The position numbers were made by a program, and so were the translations under genes. A stretch of 64,000 nt of DNA from Methanocaldococcus sp. 16A (lineage in GTDB: Archaea; AGJL01; Methanococci; Methanococcales; Methanocaldococcaceae), in assembly GCA_049860595.1 (NCBI GenBank), contig CP187551.1, one strand, 5' to 3'. The notes beneath the pieces were generated by a model. The model did not search any database. It was not told the origin of the DNA and saw nothing but the letters and a program-made list of their open reading frames with translations. Positions 29,941 to 40,843 of the stretch are shown here, one piece after another; position 1 is the stretch's first letter; each line of letters opens with the position of its first letter.

Positions 29941-30741
29941 ATGGCATACAAACCACAATTTTATCCTGGAAATACAATAATTGCTGAAAATAGAAGAAAG
30001 CATATGAATCCTGATGTTGAGTTAAAGAAATTGAGAGATATTCCAGATGATGGAATAGTTAAGATATTAGGGCATAGAAACCCCGGTGAAAGCTATAAGA
30101 CAGTTCATCCACCATTAGAAGAGATGGACTTTGAAGAGGACCCAATTAAAGAGATTGTTGAACCAATTCAAGGAGCTAAGGAGGGAGTTAGAGTTAGATA
30201 CATTCAGTTTGCTGATTCTATGTATAACGCCCCGGCTCAACCTTATGATAGAGCAAGAACATATATGTGGAGATTTAGAGGGATTGATACAGGGACATTA
30301 TCTGGTAGGCAAGTCATTGAGATGAGAGAGCTTGACTTAGAAAAAATCTCAAAAAACTTTTTAATTGATACAGAATTCTTTGACCCAGCGACCTGTGGAA
30401 TTAGAGGAGCAACTGTCCATGGACACTCATTGAGGTTAGATGAGAATGGTTTAATGTTTGATGGTTTGCAGAGATACATCTATGATGAAAAGACTGGACA
30501 TGTTTTGTATGTTAAAGACCAGGTTGGAAGACCATTAGATGAGCCAGTAGATGTTGGAGAACCGTTACCACAAGATTATTTGGCAAAAATAACAACAATT
30601 TACAGAAAAGACAACATTGGAATGAGAGAAGATAAAGAGGCATTAGAAGTTGTTCAAATAATCCATGAGGCAAGAACAAAAGGAGGATTTGGTTTGGAAG
30701 TATTTAAAAAAGATTTGAAAAAGAGATTAGGTGAAGAATAA
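29941..30741 (+). CDS. mcrG: methyl-coenzyme M reductase II gamma subunit (mrtG)
   Basis: [30 protein letters not shown]. Confidence 0.97.
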   Translation: MAYKPQFYPGNTIIAENRRKHMNPDVELKKLRDIPDDGIVKILGHRNPGESYKTVHPPLEEMDFEEDPIKEIVEPIQGAKEGVRVRYIQFADSMYNAPAQPYDRARTYMWRFRGIDTGTLSGRQVIEMRELDLEKISKNFLIDTEFFDPATCGIRGATVHGHSLRLDENGLMFDGLQRYIYDEKTGHVLYVKDQVGRPLDEPVDVGEPLPQDYLAKITTIYRKDNIGMREDKEALEVVQIIHEARTKGGFGLEVFKKDLKKRLGEE

Positions 30742-32399
30742 TGGATGTTGAGAAAAAACTCTTTCTAAAGGCATTAAAGGAGAAGTTTGAAGAAGACCCA
30801 AAAGAAAAATACACTAAATTTTATATATTTGGAGGATGGAGACAATCAGCAAGGAAAAGAGAGTTTGTTGAATTTGCTCAAAAGTTAATTGAGAAAAGAG
30901 GAGGAATTCCATTCTACAACCCAGATATTGGGGTTCCATTAGGGCAGAGAAAGTTGATGACATACAAGATATCAGGAACTGATGCTTTTGTTGAAGGGGA
31001 TGACTTACATTTCTGTAACAACGCAGCAATACAACAGTTAGTTGATGATATTAAAAGAACAGTTATTGTTGGTATGGACACAGCCCACGCTGTTCTCGAA
31101 AAAAGATTAGGTGTAGAGGTTACCCCAGAGACAATTAACGAATACATGGAGACTATTAACCACGCTTTACCAGGAGGGGCTGTTGTCCAAGAGCACATGG
31201 TTGAGGTCCATCCTGGTTTAGTTTGGGATTGTTATGCCAAGATATTTACAGGAAATGATGAATTGGCTGATGAGATTGATAAAAGGTTTTTAATTGACAT
31301 AAATAAAGAATTCCCTGAAGAACAGGCAGAGATGTTAAAGAAATACATTGGAAATAGAACATATCAAGTAAGTAGAGTTCCTACAATAGTTGTTAGATGC
31401 TGTGATGGAGGGACTGTTGCAAGATGGAGTGCTATGCAGATAGGTATGAGTTTCATTACTGCCTATAAATTATGTGCTGGAGAGGCTGCTATCGCTGATT
31501 TCTCTTATGCAGCTAAGCACGCTGATGTTATCCAAATGGGAACAATATTGCCAGCAAGAAGAGCAAGAGGGCCAAATGAGCCGGGAGGAGTTCCATTTGG
31601 AATATTCGCTGATATAATACAAACATCAAGGGTTAGTGATGACCCAGCTCAAGTGACATTAGAGGTTATTGGTGCAGCAGCAACATTCTATGACCAAGTT
31701 TGGTTAGGAAGCTACATGTCTGGAGGAGTAGGATTCACTCAATATGCATCAGCAACATACACAGATGATATCTTAGACGATTTCGTTTATTATGGATTAG
31801 ACTATGTTGAAAAGAAGTATGGATTGTGTGGGGTAAAGCCAAGTATGGATGTTGTTAAGGATATAGCGACAGAAGTAACTTTATACGGTTTAGAACAGTA
31901 TGATGAGTATCCTGCCTTATTAGAAGACCACTTTGGTGGCTCTCAAAGAGCAGGAGTTACAGCAGCTGCAGCTGGATGTTCAGTAGCTTTTGCTACAGGA
32001 AACTCAAACGCTGGAATTAACGGATGGTACTTAAGCCAAATAATGCATAAAGAATACCACAGCAGATTAGGATTCTATGGTTATGATTTACAAGACCAGT
32101 GTGGAGCTGCTAATTCCCTATCAATTAGAAGCGATGAAGGTCTATTGCACGAATGTAGAGGACCTAACTATCCAAACTACGCAATGAACGTTGGGCATCA
32201 GCCAGAGTATGCAGGAATTGCTCAAGCTCCTCATGCGGCAAGAGGAGATGCGTTCTGTCTAAACCCAATAATTAAAGTAGCATTTGCAGATGACAACTTA
32301 ATATTTGACTTCAAATGGCCGAGAAAATGTATAGCTAAGGGAGCATTAAGAGAATTTGAGCCAGCTGGAGAGAGAGACTTAATTATTCCAGCGGCATAA
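30741..32399 (+). CDS. mcrA: methyl-coenzyme M reductase II alpha subunit (mrtA)
   Basis: [40 protein letters not shown]; operon lacks C and D genes. Confidence 0.98.
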   Translation: MDVEKKLFLKALKEKFEEDPKEKYTKFYIFGGWRQSARKREFVEFAQKLIEKRGGIPFYNPDIGVPLGQRKLMTYKISGTDAFVEGDDLHFCNNAAIQQLVDDIKRTVIVGMDTAHAVLEKRLGVEVTPETINEYMETINHALPGGAVVQEHMVEVHPGLVWDCYAKIFTGNDELADEIDKRFLIDINKEFPEEQAEMLKKYIGNRTYQVSRVPTIVVRCCDGGTVARWSAMQIGMSFITAYKLCAGEAAIADFSYAAKHADVIQMGTILPARRARGPNEPGGVPFGIFADIIQTSRVSDDPAQVTLEVIGAAATFYDQVWLGSYMSGGVGFTQYASATYTDDILDDFVYYGLDYVEKKYGLCGVKPSMDVVKDIATEVTLYGLEQYDEYPALLEDHFGGSQRAGVTAAAAGCSVAFATGNSNAGINGWYLSQIMHKEYHSRLGFYGYDLQDQCGAANSLSIRSDEGLLHECRGPNYPNYAMNVGHQPEYAGIAQAPHAARGDAFCLNPIIKVAFADDNLIFDFKWPRKCIAKGALREFEPAGERDLIIPAA

Positions 32400-32407
32400 T
32401 CTCAATT

Positions 32408-32452
32408 ATTTTTAATTTTATTTTTGGAATTTTTTTTATTTTTTAGATTTTA
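32408..32452 (+). terminator. T-tract terminator region after the MCR alpha gene
   Basis: Several runs of 5-8 T directly after the stop codon. Confidence 0.5.
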
Positions 32453-32473
32453 AATTTTAATTAGAGAGGTAGT

Positions 32474-32692
32474 ATGAATTTTGGAGTTGTTGAATTTAAA
32501 GGGCATATAATAGATTCAAACATTTTATCAAAAGTTTTATATAAAATAATATCTATGATAGGGAATTTTAAGATAGAGAAACTTGAAGTAGGAAAAACAA
32601 ATGAAAATAAAAGCTATGCAAGAATCTTAGTTAAAGGAAAGGATGATTTGCCACTATGGATATTGAATATGCTATTAGAAAAATATAAATAA
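32474..32692 (+). CDS. stand-alone N-terminal domain of TIGR00300 (LOR/SDH-like) family; possible gene fragment
   Basis: EFKGHIIDSNILSKV...GNFKIEKLEVGK...SYARILV matches the family N-terminus; GAGGT RBS. Confidence 0.7.
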   Translation: MNFGVVEFKGHIIDSNILSKVLYKIISMIGNFKIEKLEVGKTNENKSYARILVKGKDDLPLWILNMLLEKYK

Positions 32693-32738
32693 GATATAGG
32701 TTTTTAAATTAAATCTTAAATTAAATTGAGGGAGAAAT

Positions 32739-33482
32739 ATGAAAATCTCTATATGTGGAAAGGGAGGTTGTGGAAAAAGCTCAATAACAACTTTAATTGC
32801 TAAGGAATTTGCTAAAAATGGTTATAGAGTTTTGGTTATTGATGGAGATGAATCAAACTTAAGTTTGCATAAATTATTAGGAATGGATTTACCAAAGGAC
32901 TTTATAAATTATCTTGGAGGAAGAAAGGAGTTTATGCAAAAGTTAAAATCACAACCTAAAAAGAACGTTAAGTTATTTGAAGAACTGTCAATAGATTCCT
33001 TACCAAAAGATTATATTGTGGAAAAAGATAATATCAAGCTCTTAGCAATTGGAAAAATCCATGATTTTGGAGAAGGTTGTGCATGTCCAATGGGTGTTTT
33101 ATTGAGAGAGTTTTTAAAATCTTTAAAATTAAAAGATAAAGAGGTTGTTATTGTAGATACTGAGGCTGGAATTGAGCATTTTGGTAGGGGTGTTGAAGGA
33201 GGATGTGATGTTATTATTGCTATAGTTGACCCAACATATGAATCTATAAGATTATCTCAAAAGATTGAAGAAATTGGAGAAAAATTAGGCAAAAAGGTTT
33301 ATTTTATAGTTAATAAGGTAGATGATGATACAAAGGAATTGGTTCTTGAAAATATTAACAAAGATAAAATTATTGCAGTAATTCCAAATAATAAAGAGAT
33401 TATGAAATATGGATTAAAAGGAGAAGAATTAAATGTTAAAATACCTGAAATTAAAGAAGTCGTGAAATTTTTAACTAAATAA
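32739..33482 (+). CDS. cooC: CooC-family nickel-insertion ATPase
   Basis: GKGGCGKS, EGCACP (CxC), DTEAGIEHFGRG. Confidence 0.9.
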   Translation: MKISICGKGGCGKSSITTLIAKEFAKNGYRVLVIDGDESNLSLHKLLGMDLPKDFINYLGGRKEFMQKLKSQPKKNVKLFEELSIDSLPKDYIVEKDNIKLLAIGKIHDFGEGCACPMGVLLREFLKSLKLKDKEVVIVDTEAGIEHFGRGVEGGCDVIIAIVDPTYESIRLSQKIEEIGEKLGKKVYFIVNKVDDDTKELVLENINKDKIIAVIPNNKEIMKYGLKGEELNVKIPEIKEVVKFLTK

Positions 33483-33550
33483 CTTTTTTTATTTTTTATA
33501 TCTTTTTTATGTAGTATATTTTAATTTTTAAGATTATTTTTTGATAAATT

Positions 33551-33597
33551 ACCGAAAAATATATATTTGATATTAAAAATTTTCGTTCATATCATAT
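33551..33597 (+). promoter_or_regulatory. BRE-TATA promoter with downstream palindromic operator
   Basis: ACCGAAAAATATATA then TGATAT-N15-ATATCA (33568-33594), overlapping ATATTA-N16-TCATAT (33570-33597). Confidence 0.6.
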
Positions 33598-33616
33598 AAT
33601 CTAAAATGGTGATAAT

Positions 33617-34747
33617 ATGCTAAAAAAACTAATAGGTTTATTAACAATTCTAATTGTAGCTGTAGGGTTTTGTGGATGTATGGAGCAAAATACTGGAGAA
33701 AAGCAAACTCCAGCTGTAAATGAAGATACTGGAAAGATAAAGATAGTTGATGCTATTGGTAGGGAGGTTAAGATTCCAAAGGAAGTTAATAGAATAATCT
33801 GCTCTGGCCCAGGATGCTTAAGATTAATTGTTTATCTAAATGCAACAGACAAAGTTGTGGGAATTGAGGGCTTTGAAAAGAAAAAAAGCACAGGAAGGCC
33901 TTATATAATAGCACATCCAGAACTTTTAAATCTTCCAGTAATTGGAAATGGAGGACCTGGAGATATAGGTAAAGGGCCTAATTTAGAGCAAACTTTGAAA
34001 GTTCAGCCAGATGTAATATTTGTAACATATATAACTAAAGAAAAAGCAGATGAAATTCAACAAAAAACAGGAATTCCAGTAGTCGTTTTAAGCTACGGAA
34101 AGTTAGCAACATTCAATAATGAAGATATCTTTAATTCTTTAAGGATTGCTGGAAAGATTTTAGGAAAAGAAGAAAGAGCTGAAGAAGTTATTAAATTTAT
34201 AAAAGATTGTGAAAATGATTTAAAAAATAGAACAAAAGATATTCCAGACGATAAAAAACCAACTGTATATGTTGGGGGAATTGGATTTAAAGGAATGCAT
34301 GGAATTGATAGTACTCAATGCAAATACCCACCATTTGAAGCAGTTAATGCAAAAAACGTTGCTGATGAGTTAAATAAAGAGGGGCATGTATTTGTTAATA
34401 AAGAACAAATCCTAAAATGGAATCCAGATGTTATATTCATTGATGAAGGTGGCTTAAAGTTAGTTATTGAAGATTATAAAAAGAATCCAGAGTTTTACAA
34501 CTCGTTAAAAGCATTTAAAAATGGAAATGTTTATGGATTGTTGCCTTACAACTTCTATACAACAAACATTGGAACAGCCCTTGCTGATGCTTACTATATA
34601 GGAAAAGTTCTTTATCCAGAGCAGTTTATGGATATAAACCCAGAAAAAAAGGCAGATGAAATTTACACTTTCTTAGTTGGTAAGCCAGTTTATGAAGAAA
34701 TGAAGAAGCAATTTGGTGGATTTAAGAAGTTAGAGTTCAGCAGTTAA
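33617..34747 (+). CDS. ABC transporter substrate-binding lipoprotein (FecB/BtuF family)
   Basis: Signal peptide with GC lipobox; [28 protein letters not shown]. Confidence 0.9.
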   Translation: MLKKLIGLLTILIVAVGFCGCMEQNTGEKQTPAVNEDTGKIKIVDAIGREVKIPKEVNRIICSGPGCLRLIVYLNATDKVVGIEGFEKKKSTGRPYIIAHPELLNLPVIGNGGPGDIGKGPNLEQTLKVQPDVIFVTYITKEKADEIQQKTGIPVVVLSYGKLATFNNEDIFNSLRIAGKILGKEERAEEVIKFIKDCENDLKNRTKDIPDDKKPTVYVGGIGFKGMHGIDSTQCKYPPFEAVNAKNVADELNKEGHVFVNKEQILKWNPDVIFIDEGGLKLVIEDYKKNPEFYNSLKAFKNGNVYGLLPYNFYTTNIGTALADAYYIGKVLYPEQFMDINPEKKADEIYTFLVGKPVYEEMKKQFGGFKKLEFSS

Positions 34748-34842
34748 ATAATACCCTTTTTAATTTTAATTTTTAACTAATAACAACCATCTATTTTTAA
34801 ATTTTAGAGTATATTGTTATGAAAATTTAAAGATGTGATATT

Positions 34843-35889
34843 ATGGACATTCCGCAAAAATATAGACAATATACAAAAAAGAAGATAACTTTTGGGATTA
34901 TATTATTAATAATTTTATTTATAAGTGCAATCTATGCTTTATGTGTAGGGGATTACAAATTAACTGTTAATCAGGTTGTAAATGCTCTGATAGGTTATGA
35001 AAATAGTAATATAAATTTAGTTATTTGGAATATACGATTACCAAGAATTTTTGCCGCAATAATTGCTGGAGCATCTTTGGCTGTTGCTGGTGCAGTTATG
35101 CAGTGCATTTTAAGAAATCCATTAGCAAGTCCATTTACTATGGGAATTTCTCATGGAGCAATGTTTGGTGCATCTCTTGCTATAATTTTATTTGGATTAG
35201 GGGGAGCTGAGAGCTCTGGAAAGATATTTATAAACAATCCATACATGATAACAGTTTTTGCATTCTTGGGAGCTTTAATAGGAGTTGTTGTAATATTATT
35301 ACTTGCAAAGTTAAGGGGATTAACGCCTGAAGCAATGATTTTGGCAGGAGTGGCAATGAGTTCATTATTTACAGCTGGAACTATGCTTATACAGTACTTT
35401 GCAGATGACTTGCAGTTAGCAGCAATGGTTTATTGGACTTTTGGTGATTTAGGCAGACCTCTATGGACAGAGATTTATATTATGTTTGCGGTTATGGTTC
35501 CTTCTTTGATTTATTTCATCCATAAGAGATGGGATTATAATGCATTAGAATGCGGGGAAGAGACGGCAAAATCCTTAGGAGTTAATACAGAAAGAACAAG
35601 ATTAATTGGGATGCTTGTTGCTTCACTTTTAACCTCTGTAGATGTTGCATTTTTGGGAATAATAGGATTTGTTGGTTTGATTTGCCCACATATAGTTAGA
35701 ATTTTTATAGGTGGGGATTACAGGTTTTTAATTCCAATCTCTGCACTATTTGGAGCAGTTTTGTTGTTAATTGCAGATACATTTGCGAGGACAATAATTG
35801 CTCCTATTATCTTACCTGTTGGAATATTAACTTCATTCTTGGGAGCTCCGATGTTTCTCTATTTGTTGCTGAGAATGTATAAGAAATAA
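34843..35889 (+). CDS. FecCD/BtuC family ABC permease
   Basis: [28 protein letters not shown]. Confidence 0.93.
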   Translation: MDIPQKYRQYTKKKITFGIILLIILFISAIYALCVGDYKLTVNQVVNALIGYENSNINLVIWNIRLPRIFAAIIAGASLAVAGAVMQCILRNPLASPFTMGISHGAMFGASLAIILFGLGGAESSGKIFINNPYMITVFAFLGALIGVVVILLLAKLRGLTPEAMILAGVAMSSLFTAGTMLIQYFADDLQLAAMVYWTFGDLGRPLWTEIYIMFAVMVPSLIYFIHKRWDYNALECGEETAKSLGVNTERTRLIGMLVASLLTSVDVAFLGIIGFVGLICPHIVRIFIGGDYRFLIPISALFGAVLLLIADTFARTIIAPIILPVGILTSFLGAPMFLYLLLRMYKK

Positions 35890-35903
35890 AGATTGGTGAT
35901 TTA

Positions 35904-36659
35904 ATGATTCTCTCTGTTGATGGAGTAGAATTTGCATATAAAAGCAGAAAAATCCTAAACAATATAAAATTTGAGGTTAAAAGAGGAGAGGTAGTCTCTA
36001 TCTTAGGAGTCAATGGAGCTGGAAAATCAACGCTCTTAAAATGCATAAATAAAATTTTAAAACCAAAAAGAGGGACAATATTAATTGATAATTTTGATAT
36101 TAATAAATTAGATAACTATGAATTGGCAAAAAAGGTTGGTTATGTTCCGCAGAGAGCTGAAGGAAACTATATGACGGTATTTGATGCAGTTTTGTTAGGA
36201 AGGAAACCACATATAAAATGGGAAGTATCTGATAGAGATATTGAGATAACTCATAAAGTTTTAAAGCTTTTAAATTTAGAAGATTATGCTTTAAGATACA
36301 CAAATGAGTTGAGTGGTGGAGAACTGCAAAAAGTGATTATAGCGAGAGCTTTAGTACAAGAACCACAAATTTTATTGGTGGATGAGCCAACAAACAATTT
36401 AGATTTAAAAAATCAATTGGAAGTTATGAGAATTATTAGAGATATATCAAAATCTCAAAATATTGCCTCAATTGTAGTTATGCATGATTTAAACTTAGCT
36501 TTAAGATACTCTGATAAGTTTATAATGCTTAAAGATGGAGTTATTTACGCTGAAGGAGATAAAAGCATAATAACTCCTGAAAATATTAAAGCAGTATATG
36601 GAGTTGAAGTTTATATTGAAAATATTAAGGGAATTCCTGTTGTTGTTCCAATAGGATAA
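35904..36659 (+). CDS. ABC transporter ATP-binding protein (FecE/BtuD-like)
   Basis: [24 protein letters not shown]. Confidence 0.94.
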   Translation: MILSVDGVEFAYKSRKILNNIKFEVKRGEVVSILGVNGAGKSTLLKCINKILKPKRGTILIDNFDINKLDNYELAKKVGYVPQRAEGNYMTVFDAVLLGRKPHIKWEVSDRDIEITHKVLKLLNLEDYALRYTNELSGGELQKVIIARALVQEPQILLVDEPTNNLDLKNQLEVMRIIRDISKSQNIASIVVMHDLNLALRYSDKFIMLKDGVIYAEGDKSIITPENIKAVYGVEVYIENIKGIPVVVPIG

Positions 36660-36752
36660 TCTTTTTTATAGCATGAATTTATAATATATTCAATGCTATT
36701 TTGATGTTTATAATGCAATTTAAAAAATTTTAAAAATTTTTAAGTGATGATT

Positions 36753-37967
36753 ATGGTTGAGTTATTAGCTCCGGCAAATGATTTAACTTGCCTAAAAACA
36801 GCTATTGATTATGGTGCTGATGCAGTTTATTGTGGATTGAAAGAGTTAAACATGAGGGCAAATGCAAAAAATTTTACAAGGGAAGAGTTAATTGAAGGAA
36901 TTAAATATGCTCACAACAATAATAAAAAGGTTTATCTCTGCACAAATACAGTTGTTTATGAATCTGACTTAAAGAAAGTTGAGGAAATTTTAGATTTTGC
37001 AAATTCTGCTGAGGTTGATGCTGTAATAGTTAGTGACTTAGGAACTATGCAGTTGGCAAATGAGTTGGGATTGAGGGTTCATGCAAGTGTCCAGTGCAAT
37101 ATAACAAACTCTTTAACTGCCAAATTTTATTCAAAATTTGTTAAGAGGGTTATATTATCAAGAGAATTAACTTTAAATCAAATAAAAAATATTAGAGAAA
37201 ATTTAAAAAAAGAAAAAATTAACTTAGAGTTAGAGGGCTTTATTCATGGTGCTTTGTGTGTAGCTATAAGTGGAAGGTGTTTTTTAAGCTCTTATCTATT
37301 TAATAGAAATGCAAATTGCGGAGATTGCTTACAACCTTGTAGAAGAAAATGGAAGTTGATTAATGAGCATCATGATGGTACTTATGAAGTAGTTTGCGAA
37401 GGGAAATATTTATTATCTCCAAAAGATTTATGTATGATTGAATATATTCCTCAATTAATGGAGGTTTTTGATTCATTTAAAATTGAAGGGAGAGCCAAAA
37501 ATGCCGATTATGTTATGAGAACAACAAAAGTTTATAGAGAGGCAATAGATAGCGTTTTAGATGGAACTTATTATGATAAGCTTGAATATTTCAAAAAAGA
37601 GCTACAAAAAATATATAATAGAGAGTATGATACAGGATTTTACTTTAGAGATATCAATAAAAATCATGATTTTCAATATGAAATAGAGGGGAATGCATCA
37701 AAATTTAGAAAGGTTGAGATAGGGAGAGTCGTTAATTTCTATAAAAAGGTTAGCGTTGCTGAAATTGAATTATGGAATGACTTAAAAATTGGAGATACAA
37801 TATTAATAATTGGAAAAACTACTGGATGTGTTGAAGAAGTAGTTACATCAATGCAGATAAACCATAAAGATATTAAAATAGCAAAAAAAGGAGATAGGGT
37901 AGGAGTTAAGTTAAATCATTTAGTTAGAGAGGGAGATAGAGTTTATCTATTAAAAGAACTCAAATAA
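36753..37967 (+). CDS. U32 peptidase family protein (TrhP/RlhA-like)
   Basis: ELLAPA, GADAVY, HGALCVAISGRC, GDCLQPCR, FKIEGR. Confidence 0.92.
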   Translation: MVELLAPANDLTCLKTAIDYGADAVYCGLKELNMRANAKNFTREELIEGIKYAHNNNKKVYLCTNTVVYESDLKKVEEILDFANSAEVDAVIVSDLGTMQLANELGLRVHASVQCNITNSLTAKFYSKFVKRVILSRELTLNQIKNIRENLKKEKINLELEGFIHGALCVAISGRCFLSSYLFNRNANCGDCLQPCRRKWKLINEHHDGTYEVVCEGKYLLSPKDLCMIEYIPQLMEVFDSFKIEGRAKNADYVMRTTKVYREAIDSVLDGTYYDKLEYFKKELQKIYNREYDTGFYFRDINKNHDFQYEIEGNASKFRKVEIGRVVNFYKKVSVAEIELWNDLKIGDTILIIGKTTGCVEEVVTSMQINHKDIKIAKKGDRVGVKLNHLVREGDRVYLLKELK

Positions 37968-37977
37968 TTAGGGAGAT

Positions 37978-38895
37978 ATGATGCTGATTTTAGGAGTAGC
38001 TTATTTTCTATTGGGGCTTGTTTTATTATATTTTGGAAGTGACTGGTTTGTTTTGGGGAGTGAAAGGATAGCGAGACATTTTAATGTATCAAACTTTGTC
38101 ATTGGAGCTACCGTCATGGCTATTGGGACTTCTTTACCAGAGATATTAACCTCTGCCTACGCATCATATATGCATGCTCCTGGAATCTCTATAGGAAATG
38201 CCATTGGCTCATGTATTTGTAATATTGGCTTAGTTCTTGGGCTTAGTGCAATTATAAGCCCAATAATAGTTGATAAAAATTTGAAGAAAAATGTTTTTGT
38301 CTATCTTTTGTTTGTGATATTTACTGCAATAATTGGCTTTGATGGATTTTCATGGATTGATGGAATAATCTTATTAATTCTTTTTGCCTTTTATTTAAGA
38401 TGGACTATAAATAATGGAAATGTAGAGGAAATAAATGAAGAAGATGAAAAGAAATACAATCCTTCATTAGCATTTTCCTTAGTTTTGTTAATTATAGGCT
38501 TAGTAGGAGTTTTAGTTGGGGCTGAGTTATTTGTCGATGGAGCAAAAAAGATAGCTTCTGCTTTAAATGTGTCTGATAAAGTTATTGGATTTACATTAGT
38601 TGCTTTTGGAACCTCTGTTCCTGAATTAATGGTTTCTTTAGCAGCAGCAAAAAGAAATCTTGGAGGAATGGTTTTAGGAAATGTTGTTGGAAGTAATATA
38701 GCCGATATTGGTGGAGCTTTAGCTATTGGAAGCTTATTTATGTATCTTCCACCAGAAAACTTTCAAATGAGTATTTTATTAATTATGAGCTTTCTGCTCT
38801 ATTTATTTGCAAGATATTCAAAAATTGGTAGATGGCAAGGAATTTTATTCTTAATTATCTATATAATTGCAATAGCTTCTTTGGGGTTGGGATAA
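37978..38895 (+). CDS. Na+/Ca2+ exchanger (NCX_Mj-like)
   Basis: Alpha repeats GTSLPE and GTSVPE; GNAIGS and GNVVGSN. Confidence 0.93.
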   Translation: MMLILGVAYFLLGLVLLYFGSDWFVLGSERIARHFNVSNFVIGATVMAIGTSLPEILTSAYASYMHAPGISIGNAIGSCICNIGLVLGLSAIISPIIVDKNLKKNVFVYLLFVIFTAIIGFDGFSWIDGIILLILFAFYLRWTINNGNVEEINEEDEKKYNPSLAFSLVLLIIGLVGVLVGAELFVDGAKKIASALNVSDKVIGFTLVAFGTSVPELMVSLAAAKRNLGGMVLGNVVGSNIADIGGALAIGSLFMYLPPENFQMSILLIMSFLLYLFARYSKIGRWQGILFLIIYIIAIASLGLG

Positions 38896-40364
38896 TGGTA
38901 AAAATAAAGATTAAGAGGTTTAATGGAAAGAAAGAGTATTTTGAAAGCTATAATGTTCCAGAAAATATAACTGTACTGGAAGCTTTAGAGTATATAAATA
39001 AAAATTATAGGGCCAACATTTTATTTAGAGCTTCGTGTAGAAATGGGCAATGTGGTTCATGTGCTTTAACAATAAATGGAGAACCAAAATTAGCCTGTGA
39101 GACAAAGGTAAAGGATGGAATGATAATTGAGCCATTAAAAGGGTTTAAAGTAATTAGAGATTTGATTGTTGATAGAGAATCATATTATAAAAAGTTATTA
39201 GGCATAAAAAACTATATTGTAAGGAAAAACTATCCTGAAGAGCTTGAAATTATTCTTCCAAAATATGTTGAAGAGAGTAGGGAGCTTAGAGGATGTATTG
39301 ATTGCTTATCTTGCTTATCTACATGTCCAGCGAGGGAAATCAGTGATTATCCTGGCCCAACATTTATGAGGCAGTTGGCAAGATTTGCATTTGATAAGAG
39401 AGATGAAGATAACAGAGAGATTACTGCATATTTTGAAAATATTTACAACTGCACAACATGTGCAAAGTGTATAGAAGTTTGTCCAAAAGAGATTGATATT
39501 GTCCATAAAGCCATAGAAAGATTGAGAGCTTTAGCATTTAGTAAGGGTTATTATATAGAGAATCACTTAAAAGTTAGAGAAAATGTTTTAAAATACAACA
39601 GAAGTGTTGTTGAAGAAGAAACTCCATTATTAAAGCAAGTTGATGCTCTTTATGAAGCTGAAAATGAAAAGTTAAGAGTAGCTTTCTTTACTGGATGTTT
39701 AGTTGATTTTAGATTACAAAATGTAGGGAAAGATGCAATAAAGGTTTTAAACGCTCATGGTGTATCGGTTGTTATTCCTAAAAATCAGGTTTGTTGTGGC
39801 TCTCCATTCTTTAGAACTGGGCAGAGAGATGTTGCTGAAATGCTAAAAAAGAAAAATTTAGAGATATTTAATAAGTTGGATGTTGATAGTGTTGTAACAA
39901 TATGTGCTGGATGTGGAAGTACATTAAAAAATGATTATAAGGAGAGAGAATTTGAAGTTAAAGATATAACAGAGGTCTTAACTGAAGTTGGGCTTTTAAA
40001 ATATAAACCATTAAAGATGAGAGTTACTTATCACGACCCATGTCATCTAAGAAGAGGACAGAAAATATATGAGCAACCAAGAGAGATTTTAAAATCTATC
40101 CCTAAACTTGAATTTGTTGATATGGAGGCAAGATGTTGTGGAGCTGGAGGAGGAGTGAGAAGTGGAAAACCAGAGATTGCCAATTTAATAGGAAAGAGAA
40201 GAGCGAAGATGATATACAATGCAAATGTAGATGCTGTAATTACAGTTTGTCCATTCTGTGAATACCACATAAAAGATAGTTTAAAAAGGTTTAAAGAAAA
40301 AAATAAATTAGAAAAAGATATAGAAGTCATGAATATTGTCTCTTTATTAAGCAAAGTAATTTAA
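38895..40364 (+). CDS. tfrB: thiol:fumarate reductase Fe-S subunit B
   Basis: 2Fe-2S CRNGQCGSC, two 4Fe-4S motifs, two CCG domains; TAATG coupling to the upstream gene. Confidence 0.9.
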   Translation: MVKIKIKRFNGKKEYFESYNVPENITVLEALEYINKNYRANILFRASCRNGQCGSCALTINGEPKLACETKVKDGMIIEPLKGFKVIRDLIVDRESYYKKLLGIKNYIVRKNYPEELEIILPKYVEESRELRGCIDCLSCLSTCPAREISDYPGPTFMRQLARFAFDKRDEDNREITAYFENIYNCTTCAKCIEVCPKEIDIVHKAIERLRALAFSKGYYIENHLKVRENVLKYNRSVVEEETPLLKQVDALYEAENEKLRVAFFTGCLVDFRLQNVGKDAIKVLNAHGVSVVIPKNQVCCGSPFFRTGQRDVAEMLKKKNLEIFNKLDVDSVVTICAGCGSTLKNDYKEREFEVKDITEVLTEVGLLKYKPLKMRVTYHDPCHLRRGQKIYEQPREILKSIPKLEFVDMEARCCGAGGGVRSGKPEIANLIGKRRAKMIYNANVDAVITVCPFCEYHIKDSLKRFKEKNKLEKDIEVMNIVSLLSKVI

Positions 40365-40374
40365 TTTTTAAAAT

Positions 40375-40803
40375 TTATATTCCAACGTATATTTTTTTAT
40401 CTAAAATTTCAATAATTTCTTTATCTCCTTCCGGCATTTCTTCAACAACCTCTATATAATCTCTGTTAGCAATATCATTGCTTAAAACATCCAAGATATA
40501 TTTTAAATCTTCATCATCGGTATAAATCTTAGCTTTTACTTTAAATTTCTTTGCTAATCTTGCAATATCTCTTAAAGCTAATTTTGCTTCTGTAATTAGC
40601 TCTAAATATTTTTTAGCTTTCTTTAAATCTTCATCTTTTCCTATTAATACAGGATATTTCACATTATATAACTCATCTTCTCTAACATCAAACTTTACAT
40701 TGCAAATCTCTATTAATCTGGCGATTATTGACTGCGGCAATCCTGGAGGAATTGGAATTTCTTTTTCATCAATATCATAGCATTTAAAATTAAAGTTCTC
40801 CAT
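40375..40803 (-). CDS. hypothetical protein
   Basis: GAGG RBS, IPPGLP motif; co-oriented downstream of marker 7. Confidence 0.8.
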   Translation of the reverse strand: MENFNFKCYDIDEKEIPIPPGLPQSIIARLIEICNVKFDVREDELYNVKYPVLIGKDEDLKKAKKYLELITEAKLALRDIARLAKKFKVKAKIYTDDEDLKYILDVLSNDIANRDYIEVVEEMPEGDKEIIEILDKKIYVGI

Positions 40804-40843
40804 ATTTTTCCCTCATAATGTTTTAATATATAAAAACTAAAAT

